Part shown: in pieces, positions 1 to 11,107 of the stretch
How positions within the stretch are numbered: position 1 is the first letter of the stretch
How the letters are laid out: each line of letters begins with the position of its first letter
Origin: Lepidodermella squamata
Taxonomy: Eukaryota > Animalia > Gastrotricha
NCBI GenBank assembly: GCA_047495785.1
Contig: JBLDXI010000024.1
Location: 3,968,001-4,032,000, forward strand
Direction: 5' to 3'
Length of the DNA stretch: 64,000 nucleotides
Made by a program: the position numbers and the translations under genes
The notes under the pieces: generated by a model
Told to the model about the DNA's origin: nothing
The model's input: the letters and a program-made list of their open reading frames with translations, nothing else
Database searches by the model: none

Positions 1-3000
1 AAACATGGGCTTCAATTCGGCCTCATACGGCTTGCATGATGTGCCCATTATTAGGAGCCGATCCTCGCCCTTGATCAATTTCAGCATTTTCGGAAGTTCC
101 TTTTTCAAGCGCTTCGGGTCAGTCTAAAAAACAGAAAAATTTAATCAATTTATTTTACAATAAATAGGAAAAATTATGGCGATTTTCATAATTTTCGAAT
201 TTCCCATTTTTCGAAATTTTGAAGAAAACTCACCGGGTCTCCTTTTGGCACCTTCTTCTTGTACATCATCTCAGCTTCGTTGATCAGAATCACCGAGGGC
301 TGGTAGGCGCGGCCAACTTTCAACACCATATGCATCAACATTTTCAACCCATCTTTGCCCGGGTATTTTCCCGCAATATTCGACGCCGTTAAATTGATCA
401 AATTCGCCCCGGCCTCGGTGCAAACCGCGTTGACCAGCATCCGCTTACCAACGCCAGCCGGCCCGGCGAGTAGGACTGACTTGATCAAGGGGGCCTTTTC
501 GTGAATTGCCGGCGATCCAAGCGGAATTATTGCGTATTCGGTGACTAAACGGCGCACATCAGCCAGCGAGGCTTGCGGCTCGGTGCCAGCCAGGCGTAGC
601 GTCGATCCCAAAAAGCTGTACTCACCCAGGTAGTCAGCCATGCGTGTCGTAGGGCAGCGTTGAATAATTCCCTCAGTAACAAGTTCTTCATACAGAGACT
701 CAATTGTCCTTGAATTATAAAAAATATAGATCAGAAAAAATTCATAAAATGTTACATGCAATTTGAATTTCCATGCATTTGAAGTGACAAATAATTTCAA
801 AGCAGCAGTCTATACCGATTAGCTATAAGATACTCAATAAGGCGTGAATTTTGGTAGCTAGCACGCCGCGGCGTGTTACTGGGGCTAGGCGATGTGAGCA
901 GCAATTTGATTAGCCCAAACGGGTTGGGCAGGAAATTATTAGCATTCGGACTTAAGCCCTCGTCCGAGTTCGAAATGCCTGACAACACGCTGTTCTCAGA
1001 CTTGGTGTTTAAGCTGAATTTAACGTTTTTCCAACGTTGGCGAGGGTAATAATGCGAATTTCTATCAAATTGGGGCAAGCGAAATATTGGGCCATCGTCA
1101 ACTGTTGACGCGTTGGTATCGGCACGCAATAAATAAGACTCCATATACGTTACAGATTCGCGTCTTTCACTGTTTTTAATGGGCCAAAAAAACGAAAAAA
1201 AATCAATTAAAATACGTGATCACAAAAGTTTCATCGAGGTGAAAGACGCCGAATTTACATGGTATTTCAAACCGGTTTGAAACAAGGTGTTCAATAAATT
1301 TCGACCCGGCATCGGCTGCTGGCTTAGGCGTTGGGATAGGTTTCAACCCGATCAACGATTTCAACTCGAACAACCCCGAAGGATCTACGGTGTAACCATC
1401 GGAGAAAACGGGCGAGAATGACGTTTTCTCCCGGCGTAATACCTCAGGATCAACCTCTGGGCCGTAGACAGGCCCCTCTGCTGGTGACTGCTGAACCCCT
1501 GCCTGGTTAGGAGTTTGCAGAGATTCAGTTAGATTTACAACCTCCTGAGCTTTGGGTGACTTGAACGCCCCGTCGTCCGAATCAGAATCTGAATCGCCAA
1601 ATGATATCGAATCATCGGAACCCTTTCGTTTCTTTGCTATTGACTTTTTCTTGGCTTGACCCTTCTTAGCAGGACCTTTCTTCTTCTTGACAACCCGGCG
1701 CTTCTTCCCACCCTTAGCAGCCGGCTTCGAGGTGGCCCCTAACCCACTAATTCCCGTGCTATGGGTGGTCAGTTGCTTGATATTTGAAAGAAATGACTCC
1801 CATCCTAAATTGGCACCTCCAGTCCCTCCTGCCCCTCCAGCTACAGGGGCGGGCTCGTGCTGAGCAGGGGGAGCTCCGCCTTCAGAACTCTCATCTGATG
1901 AACTGCCATCGGAACTTTCATCACTTGACGTAAAATCTGTATCGGAGCTTACGGAAATTTTTTCCAAATATTTTCCCAAGGAAACTTTTTTCCAGCAACT
2001 CACCTATCCGGAGTCAAATCCTTTTCTCGCTTGCCCTTCTTGCCCTGTAAGACCGACAGATTTTAGTAAAATTTATCAGAAATCGCTTAATACGTACCTT
2101 CTTGCCCGATTTCTTTCCCTTTTTCTTCTTTTTCTTTGCAGATTTCTTTTTGCCTGCCTTTTCTCGATCAACAGCCTAAACGTAAAATAAATTTGCGATA
2201 GTTGGGTCAATTAATGCGATATTTTGTTTTACCAATTTGAGAGAGTTGAGCTCATGTCGCATGATTTCGTCGACTTGCTTGCGTATTTCGACTTCCACCT
2301 CACGACGCTTCTCTTCGCGAATAAGTTCAGCATCGTATTTTTGAGCCTGGTTTTGCGATTCATCGCGGCCCAGCCAAACACCCTTGTACTGACCCGTGGC
2401 CTCGCCTACGGTCGGAATGAATTGAGATGGAGCTAGCAGCCAGCCTTCGTCCTCCTCATCGTCTTTCTTGCTTTTCTTTCCCTTTTTGTCTTTCTTAGCA
2501 GACTTCTTCTTATCTTTGCCTTTTTTGCCCTTGCCAGATTTCTTTCCCGATTTTTTACCCTTGTTCTCAGCGGCCTCTTCCAACTCTTTTTCAAGAACAG
2601 CTGGATCTTTCAACTCGAAGATCTTTGCAGATCCACCATCATCTTCATCCGGATAGTCGGGAAATTTGCCAGTAATATCTCGGCATTCGAGGAACCATTG
2701 TCGGATTTGATCCATCATGGTTTCTTTCATGAGTGGGCCTTCAGCCTCGAGAATCTTGTCCTTTATAGTAACCAAGGCTGTCTGGAATTCGTTTTCGTGA
2801 ACATCTTGAACAATGTGGCGCTTTTCTTCAATATCGTGAATGATTGTTTGAGGGTGTAATTTTGGTGGCAGAGGGGGAGGCGGTGCCATTCCAAGGAAAA
2901 CAAACTCCTCGTCTCTTTCCTTTTGGCTCTTTTTTCTTTGATGATAGCCTCGGTACATCTGAAATGATAATCTTAAGCTCAGCGATAACTCTGATTTAGG

Positions 3001-3921
3001 TTCAACTAAGATACCTTCTGTATAATTGTAGCTGCTTTCTGCGTGCTGATCTTGGGTGCACCTTTCTCTTGAGCGCGCCGTTCCTTCTCTTCATCTGCTT
3101 TAATTTCTCGCATGAACTTGGTCCTCAGACGACCCTGCCGGGCTCGCTCATGAATTTGTAGCAGATGAACTGCCTCTTGAAAAGTCATGACCTCTTCGAT
3201 CTAAAAGTTGACATGAGTACTTATTAATGCAATGTTAACATTATAATATAATTAACTTCATGCGCCATGCTGAAGGATGCTTTATTAGTAATCCATGACT
3301 CTGGATGATGCTTCATTTACCCTTTTCACTAGAGAAGCTTTCCTTTTCTATCGTAGTAGCGTAGTTACTTTCAAGTTACATTTTCAATAGAAAATCTGAT
3401 CAAATGCAACATACCTGTTTTTCTTGCGGTCCTAATTTAGCCAAGATTGAGCCCAGCAAAGCTTCACGCTCCTTCAAAGCTTTAACCCTCTCCCGCACAA
3501 AGTATCTTGGCACTGGAATCTCGATGTCATTCTGTTTAAATGAGTGAATAGATCACACATGACTTCAAACTGAACAAGTTACCGGAGTGTACTTCAGATC
3601 AGACAAAACATCATCGATGAAGTGGAAATCTGACTTCTCAACGTCAACCATTTGGTGTTTTACTTCAAGAAGGCGACCCATGACTCCATCTAACAAATGC
3701 CGCAGCAATCGGCGCTTCTGGGGATGAACAATTTGATCGTAGCAGTCCTCGAGTCGACGGAAACTTTGAATGTATTTTATGTACATTGTGGCGAGCAGCT
3801 GGAAGAAAGCGGTGGGATCCTTTTCTGGCTTGGGTGGCTTTGGCGGTACTTCAATCTCAAGCATATCGCCCATAGCCAACTGAGCTTCATCCCACAGCCG
3901 ATTGTAGTAGCTGTGAGACAT
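1..3921 (-). CDS. IQCA1: IQ motif and AAA domain protein, dynein regulatory complex subunit 11; 3'-partial, multi-exon
   Basis: Exons about 3921-3583, 3531-3415, 3200-3015, 2958-2233, 2175-2098, 2044-2004, 708-234 and 123-<1, all GT-AG and in frame. MSHSYYNRLW N-terminus, IQ motif (AATIIQK|MYRGY..RKK), Lys-rich region, KDLTPDR|TIESLYEELV, AAA Walker A-like LLAGPAGVGKRMLV. Confidence 0.93.
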
Positions 3922-4286
3922 TTTTAAGCTCTTGTCAAACAACAACCACAAATTGAGATGTTCAAAAACTACCTGGAAAATCTCAAGCGTCGATGTCCAA
4001 GCATTGCTTTCGTTGTTAAGGACGCAGATAAAAATAAAATAGTCGATTACATGCAAAAATTAATTATTATAAAATAATGCACATCTATTATTATTTCCAG
4101 TGATAATTATTTTTATTTTGGCGGGTATTTTTTCCTGAAAGTTCGACCCCGGACCGCGGACTAAGATCGCGCTGCTTGCTGTTTGCTCCATGTTAACGTT
4201 AAAGGACTGGAGTCTTGCAGCCATGTAACCTGACAGTTTCTGTAAGAAGTTTAAGCGTTTGTTATGAACTGTCACGTCACCTGCTT

Positions 4287-5627
4287 ATGGAGCCGGGAAA
4301 TCGTTGTTCAGATCTTCATCAGCGTGAATATGACATTAGCTCTAATGTGGAACACGAAGATTTTTTCGCCGCGATTCCGTTGGAAATTATGGTGCTAATC
4401 TTGGCTAAATTACCAACGTCTCAAGCGTTTATTTCTTGTGCTATTGTTTGCAAGAAATGGAATTACGCTTTGCATACAGATTACTATTGGGAGCTGATGA
4501 TAGAAAGGGAATTCGGCCCGTCAAAAGCTCTTGAAATGGTATCATCTGGTGCGATAGATAGATTCCGTGACTTCGTCACCAAGCATGGCAGTTTGTTTCA
4601 CCCACAGTGGTATCGTAGCGGTGTCGGCTGTGACTTGGTCGATAAGATAATTGAAGTCGAAGCCTCTCCACAACCTGACCCTGCCGTTATTTTGTCTTCC
4701 ATTCACAAAAGCATGCAAGGTCTAACTGATCATCAACTTGGCGTTGTTCTTGCATCTTCACCTGATTCTTACACTCGATGGTGGCTGCTCAACTTCAATA
4801 AATTGCTCACTCCAGCGACGGCTGAAATTTTAGACATTTTGAAGGTACCGCTGATGCTAAGAACCCCAAAAGCAGAAGGCTATAACTCGGATAGCGATCA
4901 TGCCATTTTGTTGGATACTGAATTCAACAAAATTGACGCGTTATTATTTGATCCCCACCATCGTTCCTTTTCTACTGACCATCCACTTATCCAAGATTAT
5001 AACCGCGGGGTTCGCTATCTAATCCTTCGAGATGATCACAAAACTTTGAGATTTCGACTGATGCTCCCGAGTGTCGCTAAGAGAATTCCTCTCATAGCTA
5101 GGAATTCCTATCGATTGCATAGAGCTATCCGCAACAATCACGAAGCAAACTATCCGAAAATGCGCAGGTTACTCGAGGAGGAATTGAATGGCATGTTTGA
5201 TGTTAATTCCAGAGATCGAAATAGAAAAAGTTTGCTCTACAAGGCGAGTGCCCTGCACTCCTCTTCGAAAAGCCAACGCCTTGTCGCTCTGCTGCTGAAA
5301 CACGGCGCGTCTGCTAACTCACGCACCAGGAAGGGTCTTACCGCGCTGATGAAGGCGAGTGAACGCGGTAATTTATGCGTTTGCCAGATGTTGATCGAAC
5401 ACGGTGCAGACGTCAATGCCGTAGATAAAAGTGGCCGAATCACTGCTTTGTCGCTTGCCGTTGAGGAGATCTGGACATCTCTTAACAACAGCGCAAAATT
5501 TGAGCAATTGAAGGCAGTAATCCAACTTCTGATTGCTAGTGGTGCTGATTTGGCTTTACTTCCAGAAGATCGCCGCGCAACTTGTTGGAATATTATTTCC
5601 GGCTGGAGCAGAAGCGATCCACGTTGA
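4287..5627 (+). CDS. F-box domain plus C-terminal ankyrin repeat protein (intronless)
   Basis: F-box IPLEIMVLILAKLP...CAIVCKKW; ankyrin repeats GLTALMKASERGNLCVCQMLIEHGADVNAVD. First ATG at 4287. Confidence 0.8.
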   Translation: MEPGNRCSDLHQREYDISSNVEHEDFFAAIPLEIMVLILAKLPTSQAFISCAIVCKKWNYALHTDYYWELMIEREFGPSKALEMVSSGAIDRFRDFVTKHGSLFHPQWYRSGVGCDLVDKIIEVEASPQPDPAVILSSIHKSMQGLTDHQLGVVLASSPDSYTRWWLLNFNKLLTPATAEILDILKVPLMLRTPKAEGYNSDSDHAILLDTEFNKIDALLFDPHHRSFSTDHPLIQDYNRGVRYLILRDDHKTLRFRLMLPSVAKRIPLIARNSYRLHRAIRNNHEANYPKMRRLLEEELNGMFDVNSRDRNRKSLLYKASALHSSSKSQRLVALLLKHGASANSRTRKGLTALMKASERGNLCVCQMLIEHGADVNAVDKSGRITALSLAVEEIWTSLNNSAKFEQLKAVIQLLIASGADLALLPEDRRATCWNIISGWSRSDPR

Positions 5628-5720
5628 ATTCCTTCTCTCATTTCATTTACTCGCATTTCAATAATTCATTAGTAAATAGCTGTCATCTTATTATACTTCA
5701 AATAGATATTTTATCTTTCG

Positions 5721-6531
5721 ATGACTTCAGATTTGGAACGTAGTTATAAATACGCAAAATTTATAACAATTAATGGTGATGATTCAGCCAATCTTGAGGT
5801 TTTATAACTTCGGAATGTGCCGTTTTTAGGCATAAAACTGCAACTGCCATCGCTAACGCTCACAACAAGCCTATATTTATTCCACCGGTTCAGTAATGAA
5901 GTTGGATGGCGATCTTCAGAAATTGATGGCCATGTAAGATCTATCCTTTTAATCGTTTTAATCAATTTTCATTGGAGTTTGCCAATAGTTGATTTGCGCC
6001 GCTTGTTTGTACCTGGCTTGCCAAATTGAGGAAGAAGCTCAAATCAAGTTACGCGACATCATCAATGTGTGTTACCGATCTCTTCATCCTGATAAACCAC
6101 TGCTCGAAATCGGCGATACTTATTGGGCATTACGCGACTCGCTTCTTCACACGCAAATGCTGATTTTACGCGGCCTTCGCTTCTACGTTGTTCACGATTC
6201 GCCTCACAAATACTTGTTACATTGTTTAAAATCACTCCGCGACTGGATGTGGCCGGCTAATGATAAATTTGCTCAATTAGCCCAGTTATCATGGTCGAAT
6301 TTGCGTGATATTTACATGTCACCGTGCGTTTTGCGCTTCAAACCTCATGACATAGCCCTTGCAATGATTGAAAGGTCGAGAATTTCTTTAAAACTTGAAT
6401 TACCTCTCGAGGAGAAAATGAAAAAGTCGTACTGGTGGGTGACGTTTAATGAAAATCTATCCGCAGATCTTATCACGGAGTTAGATGCGGAACTCAGCAA
6501 AATTCACATCCTTGACAAAAGACTGCAATGA
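5721..6531 (+). CDS. CCNQ: Cyclin-Q (FAM58/cyclin M), 3 exons
   Basis: Spliced MTSDLERSYKYAKFITING|IKLQL..YLFHRF..|LICAACLYLACQIEEE..KLRDIINVCYRSLHPDKPLLEIGDTYWALRDS..PHKYLLH: cyclin box typical of FAM58. Confidence 0.85.
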
Positions 6532-6582
6532 ATAACATTCCTTGACTAATTTTTCGTTGATAGTTTTGTTAAATAGTGAAAA

Positions 6583-9500
6583 ATGGATGCATTAAAGCTT
6601 TTGAAAGCTGAAATTCAGCAAAAGCGGAAGCAGTTGGATGATTTAGGCGTCATGGAGCCGGATAAGAAGTTCTTCAAACAAGCAGATATGAGTGAAAAGC
6701 TTGAGGAGGAAGGCCGAAAACGAGCTGGCCCATCAGCGGCAAAAAGTGATGAATCATCACTAGATGCAGCGACAACAGGTTAGTTGACCAATACCGCAAT
6801 TGATCTAGTTAACTAAAATTAAGGTGGAGAATGAGTTTTTCGAAAATTTCAATTATCATGTTTGAAATATTTTCAATTATTTTCCTGCAAACATGAAAAA
6901 TCTGCAGAAAAATGTGTTAAATTTTGATCTCATTGCCCAACCGAAGTGGCTAATTTTTCAATAATTCCTTCATTTTGTTGCAGGTTTTCTGTTTTGAAGA
7001 CGCTTGAATTTTGAAATCTTGCAATACAAATTAAAACCCTCCAAAATACACACAAATATTCCAAATGAATTTTTTTTATTCTATTTTGCAAAATATCGTA
7101 AATAGGAATTTAAATTGAAAAATTTGATCGATTACATTTTGAAACTTTGAAATTTGTCTTTTACAGGAAAAAGCGAAGATGAAGCTGGACCTGGCCCGTC
7201 TAAACCACATCTCCATTTACCGCGAAAAGAAGTCGTACGCCGTTTGCGAGAACTCAACCAACCCATCCGGCTGTTCGGCGAAACCGACGAGGAAGCCTTC
7301 CTTCGCCTGAAAGAAGTCGAAGGCGACCTGGGCGAGTCTGTTAAAGGCATGCGAAACGACCTGCAACACGCCCTGCAAAAGGTCGACGATGAATACCTGA
7401 AAGAATTGATCGAAGCTGATGTATCTACCTCGACAAGTGCCGATAAATCGAAATGTTTCGACGTTAAGGTGGTCGGGCGTGAAATCACCGACTCGCTGGA
7501 CGATTTCGCGAAGGAAGCTGCGGGTAAATTGGGCAAGGGCAATGGCGAGTTTGACGTCGAATTTATGATTCGATTCTTCAAACACATCATCCGCGGCTGG
7601 GCTGAGGAGCTGAATGCGAGGCCGATTGAGGTGAAGCAGTCGCAACAGGGCCGGTTAGACACGGCGATTCACACGCAGACGGTCGAGTATATGAAGCCGT
7701 TTTTGAAGCGGTTGAATAAGAAATCGCGGTATTCAAAACGCGATGTGTTGGGGTTGGATCTTGTTGAAAATTTGGTGGATATTGTCAAGCCGTTGTTGGA
7801 TCGCAACTACCTGAAAGCTCATGAAAGCTACCTGCTATGCGCTGTTGGCAATGCGTAAGCATTTTTTATTTTTAAATTTCTCATCAAAATTAATTTAAGT
7901 TTAAGAATGGCATTTCGGTTCAGAAATCTAGAATCCAAATATATGAGATTCGGATGCTCCTCAAGTCGCACACTATTGCCTAACGTTGCTAACAATTGAG
8001 AACATAAGGATGTTCAGCCTTGATTTAAGCGATCTTGTGGCAGGCCTAGAGTGTTAATTTCTCGCTTGAATAGACTAATGTTTATACGCTGCGGGAATAC
8101 TTTACGAGGGAGTTTATTCCAATCTTCAATGAGGCGAGCGTATGGCTCGATCGGGGCTTTTGAGTGTTCGCCGCCGAATCTCGAGGTGTTTCTTCAGCGT
8201 TATATTGCGTTTTCATGAGATTCAGTTTAGTTTGCGGGTATTTTCGAAATACTCGTCAATGTGAACCTTACAACATCATTGAAGTCTATGTTTTTAGCTT
8301 CTGCGCGGTTAAAATTCAAAGCTGAAAGCGAATCCAAAAAATTATTCGTCATAGTTGTTCTCAAATCTGACTTTGCCAAGTTCATTGTGGAAGAAACGTT
8401 TTCCGCCCTGGCTGTAGGTACCGGAAGGTTAACATTATCAGTAGCAGATTGGATAATTGAGGAAAGGCTGATTTGCGATGAAAGACGAAGGGATAGATTT
8501 GAAAAGGAAATTCAGCTTTAACTTTTTCCCGCGACAATTTCGCCGTAATCGTAATTCCCAGGTATTTCACTTCGCTGACTTGAGGGATTCGTTGACCAGC
8601 AATTTTCTTGTCGATTCGCCTAACATTGCCTAACGTTGGCTTGCATTTTGAGATGAAAAGTAGTCCGATTTTTTTTATTCAGTTCAGTTTCCGGGTATTT
8701 TCGGAAATACTCGTCAAACAAATAGTCGAACAAATTCGACATAAATGTTCTCAAATCAGACTTGACTAAGTTCATTGCGCAAAAAACGCGCTTCGCCGTG
8801 GCTGTAGGTACCGCGAGGGTTAACAATATCAACAGCAGATCGGAAAATAGGGAAAGGACGAATGAATAGATTTGAAAAAGAGATTCAGCTTTGACTTTGG
8901 ATGTGGTTGAACTTGTGAGCTAGTGGAGGAATATGAAATGTGTACCATTCACATCATTCAAATTCTTTGATCCAAGCCTAATGCAAGTATCATTGAATTC
9001 CATTACTTCATTTGCTGACGAAGTACTAGAGATTATTCTACCGAAGATGTCATTCTGAGGTCAGGCTAATACTGAAGTTTGAAATAGGCTTCAACAATCT
9101 TCAGATCTAGGGCTACAGGCGTGGTAAGCGCAAACATTCTCCTTGAACGTCTTATTCTAACAAATATCCGGCGCTTGGATGTATTTTGTCGAGCCACCCG
9201 AATTACAATTGCTAGCTAGTAAAATTCAATCAACAGCATTAGCAAAATAGTTATTCGTCGAGAAATTCGACATCGCTACCGTCGCATTTTTATTCAGTTA
9301 TTCCTGTGGGCTCAGGGGCTATTTCTTTATCTTCAGAGTCATTTTCGATGACTTGCTGCAGTCGAGAGTGAACATCGGTGATGTCGTTCGACGTGATGCC
9401 GCAAACTTGAAATGAATTGACTAAGTCATTCGAGCGAATGTCTTGATACAAAGCTTCTGCCACCCATTTAGCCACCGTCTCATATGACGCTCGCTAACGT

Positions 9501-10022
9501 TTCCCAGTTTTTGAACCAGGCCATCCAGGCTGCAGAAGTGGCAGAAATGAACCAGAAATTACAAGGATTTCGTTCTTGTGGTTTTCTTTGAAGGGTGCGT
9601 TGAAATGTTTGGAAGTCGATGACGGCCGTGAAGATGCCGCCTGGCCGGTTTTGTCCACATCTTGTTGAGCCTAGTGTGCATGAAATTTTCATCCATGGAT
9701 TCTCTTTTATTTTTCTTCGAAAATTGCTGCAATTAAGATATTTTCTTAGTCCGAAATTCGAAAATTTTTGGTTTGTATTTATTTAAAATTCAATTTTTTT
9801 TCTTCAATTTTTAGTCCGTGGCCGATTGGTGCTACCATGGTCGGTATCCACGCGCGTCCAGGTCGCGAAAAGCTGTCGTCTCGCAACATTGCTCACGTGA
9901 TGAATAACGAAACTCACCGCAAATTCATAACCGGCGTGAAACGGCTGATGGCCCGGTGTCAGAAGCTGTACCCGACCGACCCGAGCCGAAGCGTCAATTT
10001 CGACTCGCACGACCAAAAATAA
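6583..10022 (+). CDS. PRPF18: Pre-mRNA splicing factor 18, 3 exons (6583-6778, 7167-7854, 9815-10022)
   Basis: PRP4-like motif [31 protein letters not shown]; Prp18 domain AVGNA|[19 protein letters not shown]...TDPSRSV. Confidence 0.93.
8015..8160 (-). mobile_element. Non-LTR retrotransposon ORF2 C-terminal remnant
   Basis: Translates [24 protein letters not shown], the R.I..WN.LP..V...FK motif at the end of CR1/L2-type ORF2. A second RT-like piece, [14 protein letters not shown], lies at about 8545-8595. Confidence 0.5.
8214..8900 (-). mobile_element. Two decayed copies of a hAT transposase C-terminal dimerisation domain
   Basis: [29 protein letters not shown] at 8620-8832 and a frameshifted twin ([24 protein letters not shown]) at about 8214-8520; the nucleotide duplication is visible. 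Confidence 0.65.
9290..9700 (-). mobile_element. pogo/Tigger-like DDE transposase remnant
   Basis: [26 protein letters not shown] matches the WV..A...I.......SF..CGI tail of DDE_1 transposases; RPGGIF upstream. Fragmented. Confidence 0.5.
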
Positions 10023-10475
10023 AAATTCTCGTCTCTTTTTTATTCTTATCTTTGTTCTCATCATGCGTGAATATAAAAAATTGATAATAAAACAACTCAT
10101 GATGATTGAATCGTGGATTTTTCCTTCAACTACGGGTTTTTGCTACTTTGAAGAGCATTCAGAAGCGAAAGAAGATGATAACAAGGCGGTTGATTGTTGT
10201 GATAGTGAAACATGCAACAAAAATTGGATTTTTGCGGGATTGAAGAAAGAAACGACACTTCTTCGGTTTCCGAAAAAAGCGAGTGAATTTAAATCCTTTT
10301 CATAGGTAATAATATCGATATATTTATCACAATATTCCAAGTTAATAATGGACTGAAAAATGGGTTTCAAGACCGCGGGGCGAAGCCTAGGCCCATTTGC
10401 GTGTGCTTGGAGCCGATGCTGTACCGACCATCTAAATTAATGGGTAAATAATAGGATGGATACATTAGTCCAGGG

Positions 10476-11107
10476 CTACATGCGATAGGTGAAAACATTA
10501 CATTGGGTAGGCTTGGGTCGTTCTTGGTACCAGTATTTAAATCCAGATCGAGCCCGTTCGTTGTAAGGAGTTCGAATATTTTTCGCCGAATCCGAATAAT
10601 TTGGGGCTAAAAAAAAAAATCGCATAAAATCTGGTTTCACTATTTTACTGAAATTTAAATTTTTTAAATTCTTCAAATAGGTCTCGAAATTTTTCAAATA
10701 GCAAATTTTAAAAATATATATATTTTATGGGATTTTCGAAATTAAGACTTACGTCTCCGGCTGAACCAGGCTTGCGGACCAGCGCAGCTTTTCTGGAAAT
10801 TTTGGTCATTAGACCAGGGTAATTGCTGAGCGTAGCCGACCGGCGGCAAGCAGCATTGATGCATAGCCGGCTTCGGATCACCTGTCTCGGTTCCAACCAA
10901 ATATTTCCGGACAGTTACTGCGGGGTGAGTAGCTAAATTAGGCTCTGTCCTCGACCGTTGAATGCCGGCCATGTATAACGGCAAACTGATTTAACAGAAA
11001 TTAATTATATGAATTTGTATTCAAGGTTTTGTGGCTCACTTTTCCGATTCTTGTTGATGAGGCGCGCAATGGTTGCCATGCGCTGATGCTTCGGCGCGCA
11101 CTTTCAT
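10476..11107 (-). CDS. Uncharacterised 143-aa protein, 3 exons (11107-11040, 10985-10753, 10606-10476)
   Basis: GT-AG introns (54 and 146 nt) with matching phases (2, 1) give one open frame MKVRAEASAHG...NLPLYMAG...FKYWYQERPKPTQCNVFTYRM*. AATAAA downstream near 10040. Confidence 0.7.

Noticed and set aside
10063-10305. Plus-strand ORF with CCDSETCN, resembling the Ly6/three-finger terminal motif
   Set aside because: No signal peptide or other required cysteines; it lies in the convergent 3' UTR region of PRPF18 and the orphan gene.
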